The position numbers were made by a program, and so were the translations under genes. Of a DNA stretch of 64,000 nt, positions 11,901 to 22,650 are shown piece by piece. Position 1 is the first letter of the stretch. Each line of letters starts with the position of its first letter. Source of the DNA: Raillietiella orientalis (lineage: Eukaryota); NCBI GenBank assembly GCA_036172245.1, contig JAYWIR010000007.1, positions 5,084,001-5,148,000 on the forward strand, in the 5' to 3' direction. The notes under the pieces were generated by a model. It had not been told where the DNA came from, did not search any database, and saw only the letters and a list, made by a program, of their open reading frames with translations.

Positions 11901-13180
11901 GTCTCCGGGGAGCTCGGTCACTCCCTGCCTTCGGGGCCCCCAAGCCAGTCTCCCGAGCTCGTTCATCCTCCTTCACCGGGCTTGGGAGGCTCCGCGGGAG
12001 GAGGCAAACAGCGGGATGGCCCTCCAGCCCCCGGAGGCGCGACTGTGAAGCCGCTCTCACCACTCCCCCGCATTTTAGGGTCGATCTGCCGACCCGCCTG
12101 CGGGTTCAGGGACGATCTGGGGAACCCGGCAACGGTGGACCGGGAGGAATGGGGAGGTGGCCAATGCCGCCGCGGGCGTGACCGAGCGCGGCACACACCG
12201 AAGGGAGGATTCCTGCGGACGATGAAGTGCGTGCGGACCGGCAGCCAATTGCGTGCAGGCTGCAGAGAGCGGCACCTGGTTTCCCTCCCCTCCAGCACGC
12301 GATTCGGTACCGGCGGAAGCTCCGTACCCGAGGCTGCGCGCGGCACTCCCGTCTGGACCAATCCCGGAGTCGCTATCCGCCGCCCTCCCGCTTTGCGTCC
12401 GCCCGCCGGCGCGCCTGAACCAGCGTTGCGCCTTGCCGCGACCGTCGCCCGGGAGGTGGCCTCCGAGAACAGGCAGAAGGGGCCAGCCGACTGGGGCTGC
12501 CTGGATCCGGGACCCCCCGACGAAGCTGTGCCTCCGGTCAGGCTGGCCCTGCTCGGAGGGCGGGGCACACGCGGAGATCCCAGGGAGAACTGATCCTGGG
12601 GAGTAACAAGGGGAGGAGAGGGCATCCCCTTCTCCCGGAAGGACGAGCCTTCTGTCCAGGCGCGGAGGCAGGGCGCGCAGCGTTCTCGGGAGGAGGCGGA
12701 TGCTGAGCGTGGACCCATGTCCCAGGGCGCTCCCGGAACCCACTCGAGAGGCCCCGGTGGGATGCACCGATTCCCACAGGAAGGGAACGGACGGGTCCCG
12801 CCCTCAGGAAACCTTGGGGGCGAAGAGAACAAGGTCACACACACCCGAACCTGGGTCCGCGTGACTCCGATGTCGCCTCCGGGAACCCAGGCAACTTGTG
12901 GCTGGCGGGCCCGTGCACTCTTCCGGGGGAAGGAGGGGCACTTAGGCCCTGGTGGATGGGTTCGAAGGGGGTGCCTGTCCTCCCTCCATGACGCCTGTGG
13001 TTCCGGCTGACGCGGGTGGTTTCCCCGGCGACAGAGACAGAAGAAGAGAAGCGCGTCAGCAATTGCCTCCGCTCCCATGGTGGCCCTCCTCTGGTTCGAT
13101 TCCCTACTAGAAAAGGGTCGACCCCGGGAACGGAAGGCCGGTGCGCCGCGGGCCTCGAGTCCCCCCTTCCCCACCTCAGG
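11900..13180 (-). mobile_element. Probable degenerate LINE fragment
   Basis: GKGGL near 13170 and RNWLPVRT..VCRA near 12250, in the expected order. Weak. Confidence 0.3.
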
Positions 13181-13249
13181 GAAACGCTGGTTGGCTCATG
13201 GACTCCGGGTGGGCCACCGGTGCAACCGGATGCCTCCAATCACTGGCTG

Positions 13250-14050
13250 GGATTGAAAGTTGAAACCACGGGGTGCTTCGAGGACTCAAGGAGGCATTCC
13301 TCCGCCCTCCGAGGAAGCCCCTTATCTGGTACCGCGGCCACTCCCCTCCCAGGGAGGTCTCTCCGCGGTGCCCGGAGCGCGCTGCTCCCTTCGGGGAGAG
13401 TCCTTCAGGGAGGCGTCCATTCGGGGTTCTCTTCAGAGAAGGAAACAAGGAGCAGACCCTTCCCAGGGATTCCCTCCGGAGGGGAAAGGGAGAGTGCTCC
13501 ACTCCCTCCGGGGGTCCCTCCAGAGACTATCAGGGCGACTTCGGGGTCGCCTTCGCAGATAGTCGGTGCCGGACCGCTCCCCCCCGAGTGACTCGGCGGG
13601 GTCTACCGGCGAAAAGTCTCCCGTTCCTCCCTCCCCCGGGAGCAACCCCCTCCTCTCCTTGCATCGTGCCGTACCCCTTCGCCGGGAACTGGGACCGCAG
13701 GAGTTCGTTCCTCTTCAGCGGGAGGGAGGAGCAGAGGAAGCGAGCAGCGCCCCTGGACGGAGGGGTCCCCTCCACGTCCCGCGCCCTGTTCGCCCCCACC
13801 CATCCACCCCCTTCGGGCCAGACTATGCTGCCAGACTCTTCCAGCAGCTGCGGCGGTCGTCAGCTCCACCCTCGCTCTTCCGCCAGCATCGCTGGGGCCT
13901 GGAGACTAAGGGCTGCATCTGCTCCCTCGGGCAGCTCTCGGGATTCCCGTCGGATGCCACATCCACGTCTCAATCCTTCCCCCCCTTTTTCTCAAAGGAG
14001 GCCGATTCACTTCTGACACGCCCCTCTAATACGGAAGAGGTGCCTCCCGA
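13250..14050 (+). mobile_element. Probable degenerate LINE 3' fragment
   Basis: LLSLHRAVP and ASIAGAWR correspond to LLLLHWGLP and RGIVAAW of better-preserved copies. Confidence 0.38.
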
Positions 14051-14063
14051 GGTCCTCCAGAGG

Positions 14064-16020
14064 GTTTTCACCGGGTCATGCCTGGGCGTGCACTTTAAAA
14101 GGAATGGCCAGAGGTCAGAGGAGCAGAGCAGCGTCCCCTCGATACAAGAGATGCCAAAGAAATAAAAGTATATTAAGGATGACCACCGGCACGCAGGCCG
14201 GCTTCTGAAAAAGTAGGAAATGGAGGGAAGGGACAAGGAATAAATAAATTAAAAAGACGGGAGGGTGGAGACAGGGATCTTTTGTCGAAGGTTTTTCTTC
14301 CACCCTAGGAGCGGCTGCGCATGGTGGCGATCTCATGGATGACCTCTTCTGGCGGAGGAAGCCACCTTTGAGCCGCTCTCATGAAGACGGTTGCCATGCT
14401 GGTGGCCTCCCTTCGCCGCGAACGAAACTCCAACACGTGGAGGACTGTAACTATGGCTGAGGATGGAGCATCTCGCTGCGATCACGGCGACTGCCGCCAG
14501 CCCGCCGTGCGTGAAGAAGCAAGTCCGGAGCGGGGAGTGGGGTCCTTCGGATGGCGGAGCGCCGAAGGGAGTTTCCGCCACATGTCCTCTAGGGCACCGC
14601 GGTCCAGCAGGAAGGAGGTGCGGAAAAGGGTAAAAATAAAGTAGAGAGGGCCATCAGTGAAATCAGGCGTGGTCTGCCAATTGTAATATACATGAAAGTA
14701 ATTATCTATTGTTTGCTGCTGCTGAAACATTAGAGAGGGATTCAATTGATCAGTATAAGCTCATATCAGACAATCTATGTGTCACTTTAACTTCAAGCAA
14801 GGTGCAGTATACGTTCCAAAATGAAGAAAATGGTGTCCTCTTCTCTTGATTTTTAGATATCGTTGCAGTAACAGACATTATTACTCTCACAGGCTGCCCC
14901 GCACCCGGAACAATTCGGGAGGCGACTCCCCGGGAACCAGGTGTCTCGAACCGGACTCCTGTTTCCACCGGAGCGGGAACGCGGAGGTGCCCGCACACAG
15001 GGAGGGAGACGCGGGTTCTTCGGGGGACACCCCAAGCAGGTCATCCCACCGAAAGAGTCCTTTCGCCCGGAACGAGGAGTGGCGCCGACCGCCATCTCGC
15101 TCGTCTTGCGGCCATCCAAAAGTCTCTTGACCCCTGCAGCTATTGCAAGAGACCACCCCACCCCGCCGGCTGGCTGCTGTCGTCGTTTGCTCTGAAGGCA
15201 GGCAGTAAAGTGGCAAGGGGTGCAACGGCTATCCGGGAACTCTGCACGCAGTCCGGCAGGAGATCCCCCTGGCAGCGGCTCGCATCGGAGATACTGCAGC
15301 GGTCGCAGCTCCTCTGAGCACACATCCAAAGTGGCAACCCTAGAAATCCAGCGTCTCCTGCTACTAGGCGTTCCAGCGTAGAGTGAGGCAGGGGATCCAC
15401 AGGTGAGCTACCAGAACTGAGGACAGATGCCTAAGGGGGTAGCCAAATCCGGTCCCCCTACGTGGGCTGCGTGGAGGCACTTCCTGAGCATCCCCGGAGG
15501 ATGTGGCATGTCTAAAATGCGCCACAAAGAGTCAGAGGTCAGAACTGCACCTGCGGTACGATCTGGTGGATAGTCAGAATGCCGGCACAAACCGGCATCC
15601 TGGCGAGGCGTCAACAAGTGTTTCCGTATCGCATCCGGGACCTTGCAACGCCCTGCAGGGCTTTTTCCTAGGAGGTCCGGATCCTCCTCGAATGAGGAGA
15701 CGAGAAGCTGCCGAAAGGCGGCGACGGAGACGGTGCTCTGCGTCCCGCCTCCCATCGTCTCCGAGGAATCGCTCCCGGCCTGCACGGCGGGCAGCTGCCC
15801 TCTTCCCTCTTCGCTCCTCCCCGCGAGGGGGGCGGAAGGCCGTTTCGCGGCAGCATTCCCCACGCTGCCGAGGTCCGGGGGAGGGAAGGGAGCGCCCGTC
15901 TCAACCTTCCAGGGAGCGTCCCGGAAGGGCGATCCTGGGACGTGCAGGGAAAGGGGCGGGCGAATACGCAGCCTCCTGCGGGCTCCGCCGAGATGAAAGC
16001 GGCCCCGCTAGGTTTTCCCA
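14064..16020 (-). mobile_element. Long LINE fragment (RT end to 3' terminus), interrupted at ~14630-14890
   Basis: Collinear motifs SAPLAGR, LLTPRQDAGL, GLFRWDDLLGVS, SAFPLRW, PNCSGCG | LLDRGAL..W, SMATVFMRAAQRW, T-rich UTR, ACGC-CCAGG-CATGA-CCCGG-TGAAAA. Confidence 0.7.
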
Positions 16021-16588
16021 AAGGTCCGACACGCAGCGGGACGAGGGCGTCTCCGTCCTGGTCACCTCTCTCGGCTGCTCCTGGGTCGGGAAGAGACGCG
16101 CAGGCGATCAGGTTGGGGGTCGAGAGAGAGGCCGTGCCGACTCGGGAGCGGCGCCACGTCGCCTGCCGAGCGGCGACCGCAACTTCGCGCTGCGCTTGTG
16201 CAGCCGTGGCGACCAGCAGCCCCGAGGGCGGGGGCGGAAAAGTCACCTCCCTTGCCTGTTGCTTCCCGAGGATCGCAGCGCTACGGCCGCACTCGACGCG
16301 CGACGGGGAGGAGCTAGGCGCCATCCTCGGGATGACGCCGGGATAACTCTCCCCTCCCGCCGTGCCTTTCGGGACTTTTTGCCCGACTTTCCTTTTATTT
16401 CCAGTTGACTTCCCTTCGCCTCTTTTCTCCTTGTGCGGTCCTTTTCCGGCGACTGCTTCCCGGAAGCAATGTCCTTCAAGACTTCCTGGGTTGGACTCCC
16501 GCGGTGGGCAGAAGACCTTTTCATTTCTTTTTTTTTGGAAGGGGGGAATGGGGAGAGGGGTAAATGTTTTTTTGCTATTTTTACAATA
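15340..16588. repeat. 1.25-kb inverted duplication, arm 2 (partner 937-2184); includes a plus-strand LINE 3' fragment at ~16020-16588
   Basis: Direct reverse-complement match. This arm is cut inside the AATAAA (CAATA|GG). Confidence 0.97.
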
Positions 16589-16829
16589 GGTCTATCGAGC
16601 GATCGGCACGAAGGGCCCCGACGGAACGTCCGCTGCTAAGGCCGTGTTCTGTGTCTTCCGCTGCCGAGCTCCTCCTGTCGTGAGGTTCGTAATGAAGGTA
16701 GTAGCGTGCAGGACCCGACCACGGGATCGCGTCCGGGGGCGTTTGCGTCCCCTGCAAACAATCTCGCCGACTCGGTCCGTTCCCGCAGGCCTGCGCCGTC
16801 TTCAGGGCCTCCCAGTGTCGGTCATGAGG

Positions 16830-17405
16830 CTTTCGTCGCCAGGGTGCTTGCTATCAAAAAATACATCTTGGTGGACCCCTCCGTTCTTCCACGTGTGATT
16901 TGAACCTGGCAAAGAGCGGTGCGCAGACCGGAGAGATCCGTCCCCGGCAGCGAAGGGGAGGGAAAAACCGGAACAAGCAAAAAAGAGGAGGGAAAGTTCC
17001 ACACGAGAAAAGGGGTAGGGGAGAAACCGAGGAAAGGATCGCTGATCGCTGCCTGGCGTTCTCTGCATCCTGTCCTGGATGCTGGCAAGTTCCGACCGTG
17101 TCTCGCCCGATTGGGGCCATCTCGAGGAGAATCTTCAGGAAGATCAGCGCCCGGTGGATGGCATACCGGCCATTTCGGCCTCTTCTTCTGGCGTTCCAGG
17201 GTGCCACCATTCCACGGACGCAGCAGAGAACTGCAAGGGGAGCGGGGGGCGGCACTGCGCGCGAAGAGGCATTTCAAAATGTCCCTGGAGCCGCCCGACC
17301 CCAGGGTTGATAGGATCGTTGCGAGACGATCCCAGAGGGGTCGGAAGCAGCACAGTCCAACAGCAGGTGCAGGAGGGTCTCCTTCTCCCTCACCTGATGC
17401 ACTTA
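16830..17405 (-). mobile_element. LINE 3' fragment (left arm of palindrome)
   Basis: KCIR*/GEKETLLHLLLDC, PLWDRL, PAPLAVLCCVRGMVAPW, ALIFLK, then a T-rich UTR at 16960-17035. Confidence 0.72.
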
Positions 17406-17419
17406 GCGTCCACGTTCCC

Positions 17420-17988
17420 CGTGTCAAGTGGAGAAGGCGCGTCTTGCACGGGATTTTCTCATGATTTTGACCGACTCCCTCCACTCCAAAGGGTGTCGCT
17501 GCTGTTTGCCCTTGGGATAACGGTTGGCAGCAACCCCAGAGAAGTTTACAATCTTCTCTTCGTGCGGGATGACCTGAGGCCAGCCGCAGCTCTGGCAGCA
17601 CTTTCCTGCATCCGTGGTATCGTGGCGGCCTGGTGTGAAGCCGAAGATGAAGATTCCAACGCAACGGACTTCATCCCGTATGCTGTTCGCTTCCTGCAGA
17701 GAGCTACCGGATGGCCCCAGCTGGGTGGATTAAAGGAGAACCTCGAGGGCATCCTGCAAAGGATGGACCCTCCTCCCAGTGGGCAGTGATCCCTCGAAAA
17801 AGTTTTTTTTTTTTTGGTTATTGTTTTCTTTTTCTGTTTTTTCCCCTTCCCCTTCCACTGCCGAGGAGAGTCACGCTGATCTGCGTCCCGGCAGGTCCGG
17901 CGCAATGTTGGCCGTTAGTGGGGCCTTGTACCACGTATTGTATTGACCTTGGAAGAGTTTGAATAAACGTCCCGGCGTATCCGGGTGG
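17420..17988 (+). mobile_element. LINE 3' fragment (right arm of palindrome)
   Basis: NLLFVRDDLRPAAALAALSCIRGIVAAW..AVRFLQRATGWPQL..EGILQRM*, T-rich UTR, AATAAACGT-CCCGG-CGTAT-CCGGG. Confidence 0.78.
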
Positions 17989-18719
17989 CATCGCCGCTGT
18001 TCGCTGGGGACCACTTCACCTCCTCCGGAGGGATTACGAGCAGCTCTCTCCAGAGTAGAATTTCTTCGGGACTCTGAGGAGATCAGGACGTGGAGTGGGA
18101 TTCCAGCCCATCGCTGCGTTTCCCTTCCGGTGCTTCGTTCCGGATGCCTTCCTGGTGGAACATGAGGTCATCCTCAGTGTCGCTGCTGTACCACACACGG
18201 TTTCTCCAGCCGTTCACAGGGTTATGGCACTCGTGGCGACTGGCAGCCGTGGTGGGGTGTCGATGCGTTGCCTCCCGGTGTCTTCTTGTCACCTGGGGCC
18301 ACATTTTTCTGCTGCATCTGCGTCTCGCGCTTCCGATCGGTGAATCCGCACGGTCTTTTGTGAAGAGTACTAAAACACTCGCGTTTCGGTAGTAGACGCC
18401 GCTGGAAGCGAAGTGTTCGCAGTCCCGCGAGTGTGTTTCAGTCTGGCCACCTGCGGCGCGTCCACAGCGCCGCTTCTTCCGCGGACCGGTAACGAAGCAG
18501 TATGTCGCCGAGGTCGGTCCCACAGTCGACAGTTCTTCGCTGCGAGGAGCTATTTTCATTAGAGGATACTCACCGGCACTTGCTCCCGCTCCCATGTAGC
18601 GGTCGATTTCCAGCTACTCCAGCGCTTTGCCAATCAATGCCAACATCATCGACCGCTCGAGTATTTCAACAGCCCCGAGTATGCTCTGTGCGCCCCAAGT
18701 GGACGCCACTCTCAGTCTT

Positions 18720-19000
18720 GGGTGAGTTCCGGGGTTTGTCCCGAATCCACGCCTCCTCTCCGGAGGAGGCATCTTTCAGACGGGAGCAGCTCCTTTCCCA
18801 CCCTCAGAGAGGCGCCTTTCACCTGCCCGTTCGGAGACGGGTACCCCGAAGGAGGCCTGCATGTTCCTGGATACTTCGGTCTGCCCTCTCCCGGCTGGGC
18901 GGAAGAGACCGACGAGAACGGAAGTCGTTTGCGATGCGCCGTCGAGATGGCGCGCCCGCTTTGCGGTGGGAGACGCGCCTTTACCCGTGTCGCTTCGCCT
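18720..19000 (+). mobile_element. Probable LINE RT-end fragment
   Basis: GLHVPGYF (compare LHVPGSPF at ~1580) followed by RPLCGGR (LSxxGR-like). Confidence 0.33.
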
Positions 19001-20799
19001 TGTCCCTTTCGGGGAAAAGCGGCAGGGAAGGAAAGGGTGAGCGGCACCGCGAAAGAGAAAGGGCGTCTTTTGGGAGAGGAGATTGCGGTCTGCACCCCGA
19101 CCCAGCCATCACTCGCTCCGCGGCTCTACAGGAGCTTCGCGACAGGGAATCACCCCTTCCTTCCTTACGCCCACGGGATGCGCTTCCCTTTCCCTCTAGG
19201 GTAAGAAGCAGCGGCAGTCGGATTTTTTCGGAGCAAATGCGGGCTGTGACGCTCGAGGATGAGCGTTCTCGTCAAGGGCCTTCGGTGGCAGCGGCGGCGG
19301 CGGCAGTAGCAGCCCGCCAGGATCTCCGGGAACCGTGCGCAGCGGATGCACCCAATGGGCTCTCGATGGCACCGTTGCAGGTTCCGAATTTGAGGAGGAA
19401 GGAGAATAACGCCGATGGGCACACCTGTGTGGCCCTAGAAAGGGTTTTCGGGAACAGGAGCAGGGACGCCGTCCTCCGGTCCCCCTCTTCCCTGTGGATT
19501 TTAGGGAACGCCCCAAGGGAAAGCCGTCACGATGTCGGGTGAGCAGCGAATGCCTTCTCCTTACCGTCGTCTCAGGGCCTTTCTGGCGAGCGAGCCGGGG
19601 AGCTATGGCCAGGGACGTCCACGCCCCGAGCTCCCTCCCATGACTGCCTGGGAGAGGTTTCACATGCAGTATCGTGGGCCCGAACGACGCGCGATCTGCG
19701 CAGGAGGCGCGTGAAGAAACAAAGGCCAAGCGAACGAACGGACCCTCCACCCCTTTTTCCATCCTCCCTTTTCGCTCCCTCGCTTGCCAGGTCTCGACCT
19801 GATCCGGCCAGGCTCGCCACGCGGGCGGGTGCGGTGCCCCCGAAATTCCGCGCCATATCGCGGGGCACCGAGATTCATCTCGGTTCGGAGGGGCCTCTCG
19901 CAACGGTGCTTCCGTCGCGCACTGCGGCAATTAGCGCGCTTCGCAATTAGAGCTTGTTTTCCGGTGGCAGGGGGAAGAAAAACGGAAGGGGGGAAAGGCG
20001 AAGAAACTTGGAGCAATCAGCGCTCAAGAGCAGTGCGAGCGCGTCCACCAGGTAGACGGCGGGGAAGAACACACCGGGGTGTTCCGCTGCGGGTAGACGG
20101 CTACGGTCAAGTGGGAACGGACGCGAACCAAGGATGCGTTTCGACACGTTCGTGCACGATCAAAAACTTTTCGCGTGACGTCAACGGCCGGTGGCGCGAA
20201 ACACTCGTTTCCCGCGCTTTCTGTCGGAATGCGCGGTGCGAGTGGGGCTTCTCGGGTACGCGTTGCGCTCCCCGGGCGTAACCGTGGTCTGTGCATTCGC
20301 CTCACAGACACGCAGCACGAGCCACATGCGACCAGTGGCATGCCGGGCAGTGTAGTGCGGGCCGATGCAGGCATCTCGCTCGCCCTGCGTGGTTTTGAGG
20401 GGTGCATCTGTGGGACGAAAAGGGGCCGGGGAGGGAGAGCCAGAGTCCCCGATTGCGCGGGCGGGCGGACTGGCGCCACTTGGTGCTCGTTCCTCGGCGC
20501 GGCGTCCTCCTGTGTGTTGCCGTGGGCCGGCCCGGTGCGGGAGGAGGAGGGAACAGAGTCCCCCAAACGGCGAGTGGGCCGCCTGCCCGGCATCTCGTCC
20601 GCCGGCAGTGCAGCCCCCTTCGGAAGGTCGTCGTCGCCCCGCGAAGCGAGCGCCAACTCGCGCACTCCGGCTGCCTCTCGGGGGGGATCGGGAAGCGCTC
20701 TGCCGGGCGGAGCCCCCCCCCCTCCTCCCCTTGCGCACAGGCGATGCGGGCGCCATCTTTCCTTCTCCCCCCCCTCCCCCCTTCCTTTTGCCTGGAGTC

Positions 20800-22250
20800 G
20801 AGCGCAAAAGAAACTCTCCTTCCAGCGGCCGCCTGTCGAACTAGGCGGCGGGCGGGCGCGGACTCGCCGCCGGGCGACCCGAGAGCGATCGTTGCAACAT
20901 TCCGGGGCCCCTCCGAGCGAGAGCGAAAGCGTGGGAGGAGGCTGCGTCCGCGCCAGGGGAGGGAAGGAAGCGGCTCGGGATGCGCGCAGGGGTCAGGGGG
21001 CGAAACGATGGCGCGCCCTAGGGAGGAGGAACCGCCAGCGGCGGGACAGCTGCGGTGGGCTAAGGGGCGGCCCAAGAGATGGGCGGCGCTCCCCGCGCAG
21101 CTCTCTCGCAGCCGAACCCGTTCCTTTCTCGGTCTGCGTCTCCAGGCAACCGCTGTTTCTTGGCCTCTTCCCGAGGGGCAGCGCCTCTGGGATGGGCCCT
21201 TCAAAGCCCCAGCAGGCTGGGAGCGACAGTTGCCGCATCATCACACGCGACAGCCCGGATCTCCAGGCGCCCTCGTCTGCCCTCCGCCCGGAACGGACGG
21301 GGAGCACGTCGACCGCTTCCGCCTCCCGTGGGGCCTCCCGTCCCCGCTGCTGCCACATTTCGGAGTCTTGCGGGGGGAAGAGCGGGTAGGACACCCCGGG
21401 TAAGGCCACTCATCAGCGAGGAAGCGTTGACCACCCCTCCCGGCTGCATCCTCTTTCGTTCGGGTGCAGCCATCCAGAGCTCTGCAAGTCGCGCCCCGGC
21501 GCCCATTCGCGCTCCCTCCTTGCATGGCCTGTTTTCTCGCGGGACCCCCCGCGTCGGGACCGGTGGTCCCAGATGACCTTGAGTCGCTGCGCTCCCTCGC
21601 CCCGAGAAGTGCGCAGAACCTTCGGGCGAGGGGCACCCGGCCCGCACGAGCACGCGCGGAGCGGTCACGCGTGGTCCGCGCCGCAGGCCGGCGATTTTCC
21701 CTCCTCCTGCTCGCGGCGGTTCCCTCGGATGCCCGTCTGCGATCCTCCCTCTTCCCCTCCCTCCCTCATCCCGAGCAGAGCATTCGCGAGCGAGCGTTGC
21801 CCCGAAGGAAAGCGCGTTCCTGGACGCCCTCTTCCGCCACCGGACGGGGGTCTCCCCCGCGCGGTCCATGGCATGGGGAGTGGGGGGTGAACCTCTCCTC
21901 CGCTCCTCCCCTTTTCGCACCATCCTGTGAGGAGGCAGACGTCCCGGAAACGGACATCAGCTGCTCCGCTGGCGCGCGGCGAGGGCGGCGGAGATCCGCG
22001 GCGCGCGCGAGCGTCCCCTCAGGAATGTCGGGCGGAGAGATGCCGCATCGGGGGCCGCCGGCGTGGTCCAGCAGCTGCCAGGATCCAGTCAGTCCCCCCG
22101 GTCCCGAAGTGGCCCGCCTCCTCCCTCGACCTCATGGTGTCCCGCGGCGTGACACCGGCAGGAACCACCGGGGCAGTCGCGCCCCTAGGAACGTTCGGGA
22201 ACGCCTTTGCAGCCGCTCCTCGGAAGGGCGCGTGCGCCTTAGGTAGAGAG
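20800..22250 (+). mobile_element. Degenerate LINE fragment
   Basis: PDLQAP (compare GPDLATP at ~2070), FSLLLLAAVP and KESAFLDALF (compare KETALHLLF), in collinear order. Confidence 0.42.
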
Positions 22251-22399
22251 ACAGGAAGCGACGGGCCCCTCGGGGGTGTCGGGCAATTCTCTCCTGTCGC
22301 TTTTCCCAGGAGGAGAAGACGGGAGCGCATGCCCTGGAGCTCCTCTTCAAGGGCCGAGGAACCGGGCGTTCCTCAGCGATGTGGGCGGTGTGGGCTCAC

Positions 22400-22650
22400 C
22401 TTGGAATGCCCGCCAGCCGGCCGACGGTCCTCCCGCTCGCGATGGGCGAGCAGGCGCCTCCGCATCCTCCGTGGCGAGGAACGGTCCCATCCTGAGAGCA
22501 CATCCTCGCGGTGCACTAGGTGACCCCCAGGACAGTCTCGTGGCCTCTGGCCTCTGGTAGCAGGCTGCCGGGATGGAGACACGGCGGTCACTCCGGTCAG
22601 GCCTGTCTTGTCATGGGTTACCTGCAGGGGTCCTGGGAATCAGGAATACG
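22400..22650 (-). mobile_element. Degenerate LINE linker fragment
   Basis: 22490-22560 is visibly similar, on the same strand, to 15310-15375 of the minus-strand copy. Confidence 0.38.

Noticed and set aside
937..16588. 1.25-kb inverted repeats as TIRs of a 15.6-kb DNA transposon
   Set aside because: The arms are internal LINE sequence continuous with their flanks. No transposase or TSD was found, and the interior holds a host gene.
18083..18700. Protein-like minus-strand segment (VYYRNASVLVLF..RVWYSSDTEDDLMF)
   Set aside because: No recognisable family, no consistent frame and no convincing exon chain.
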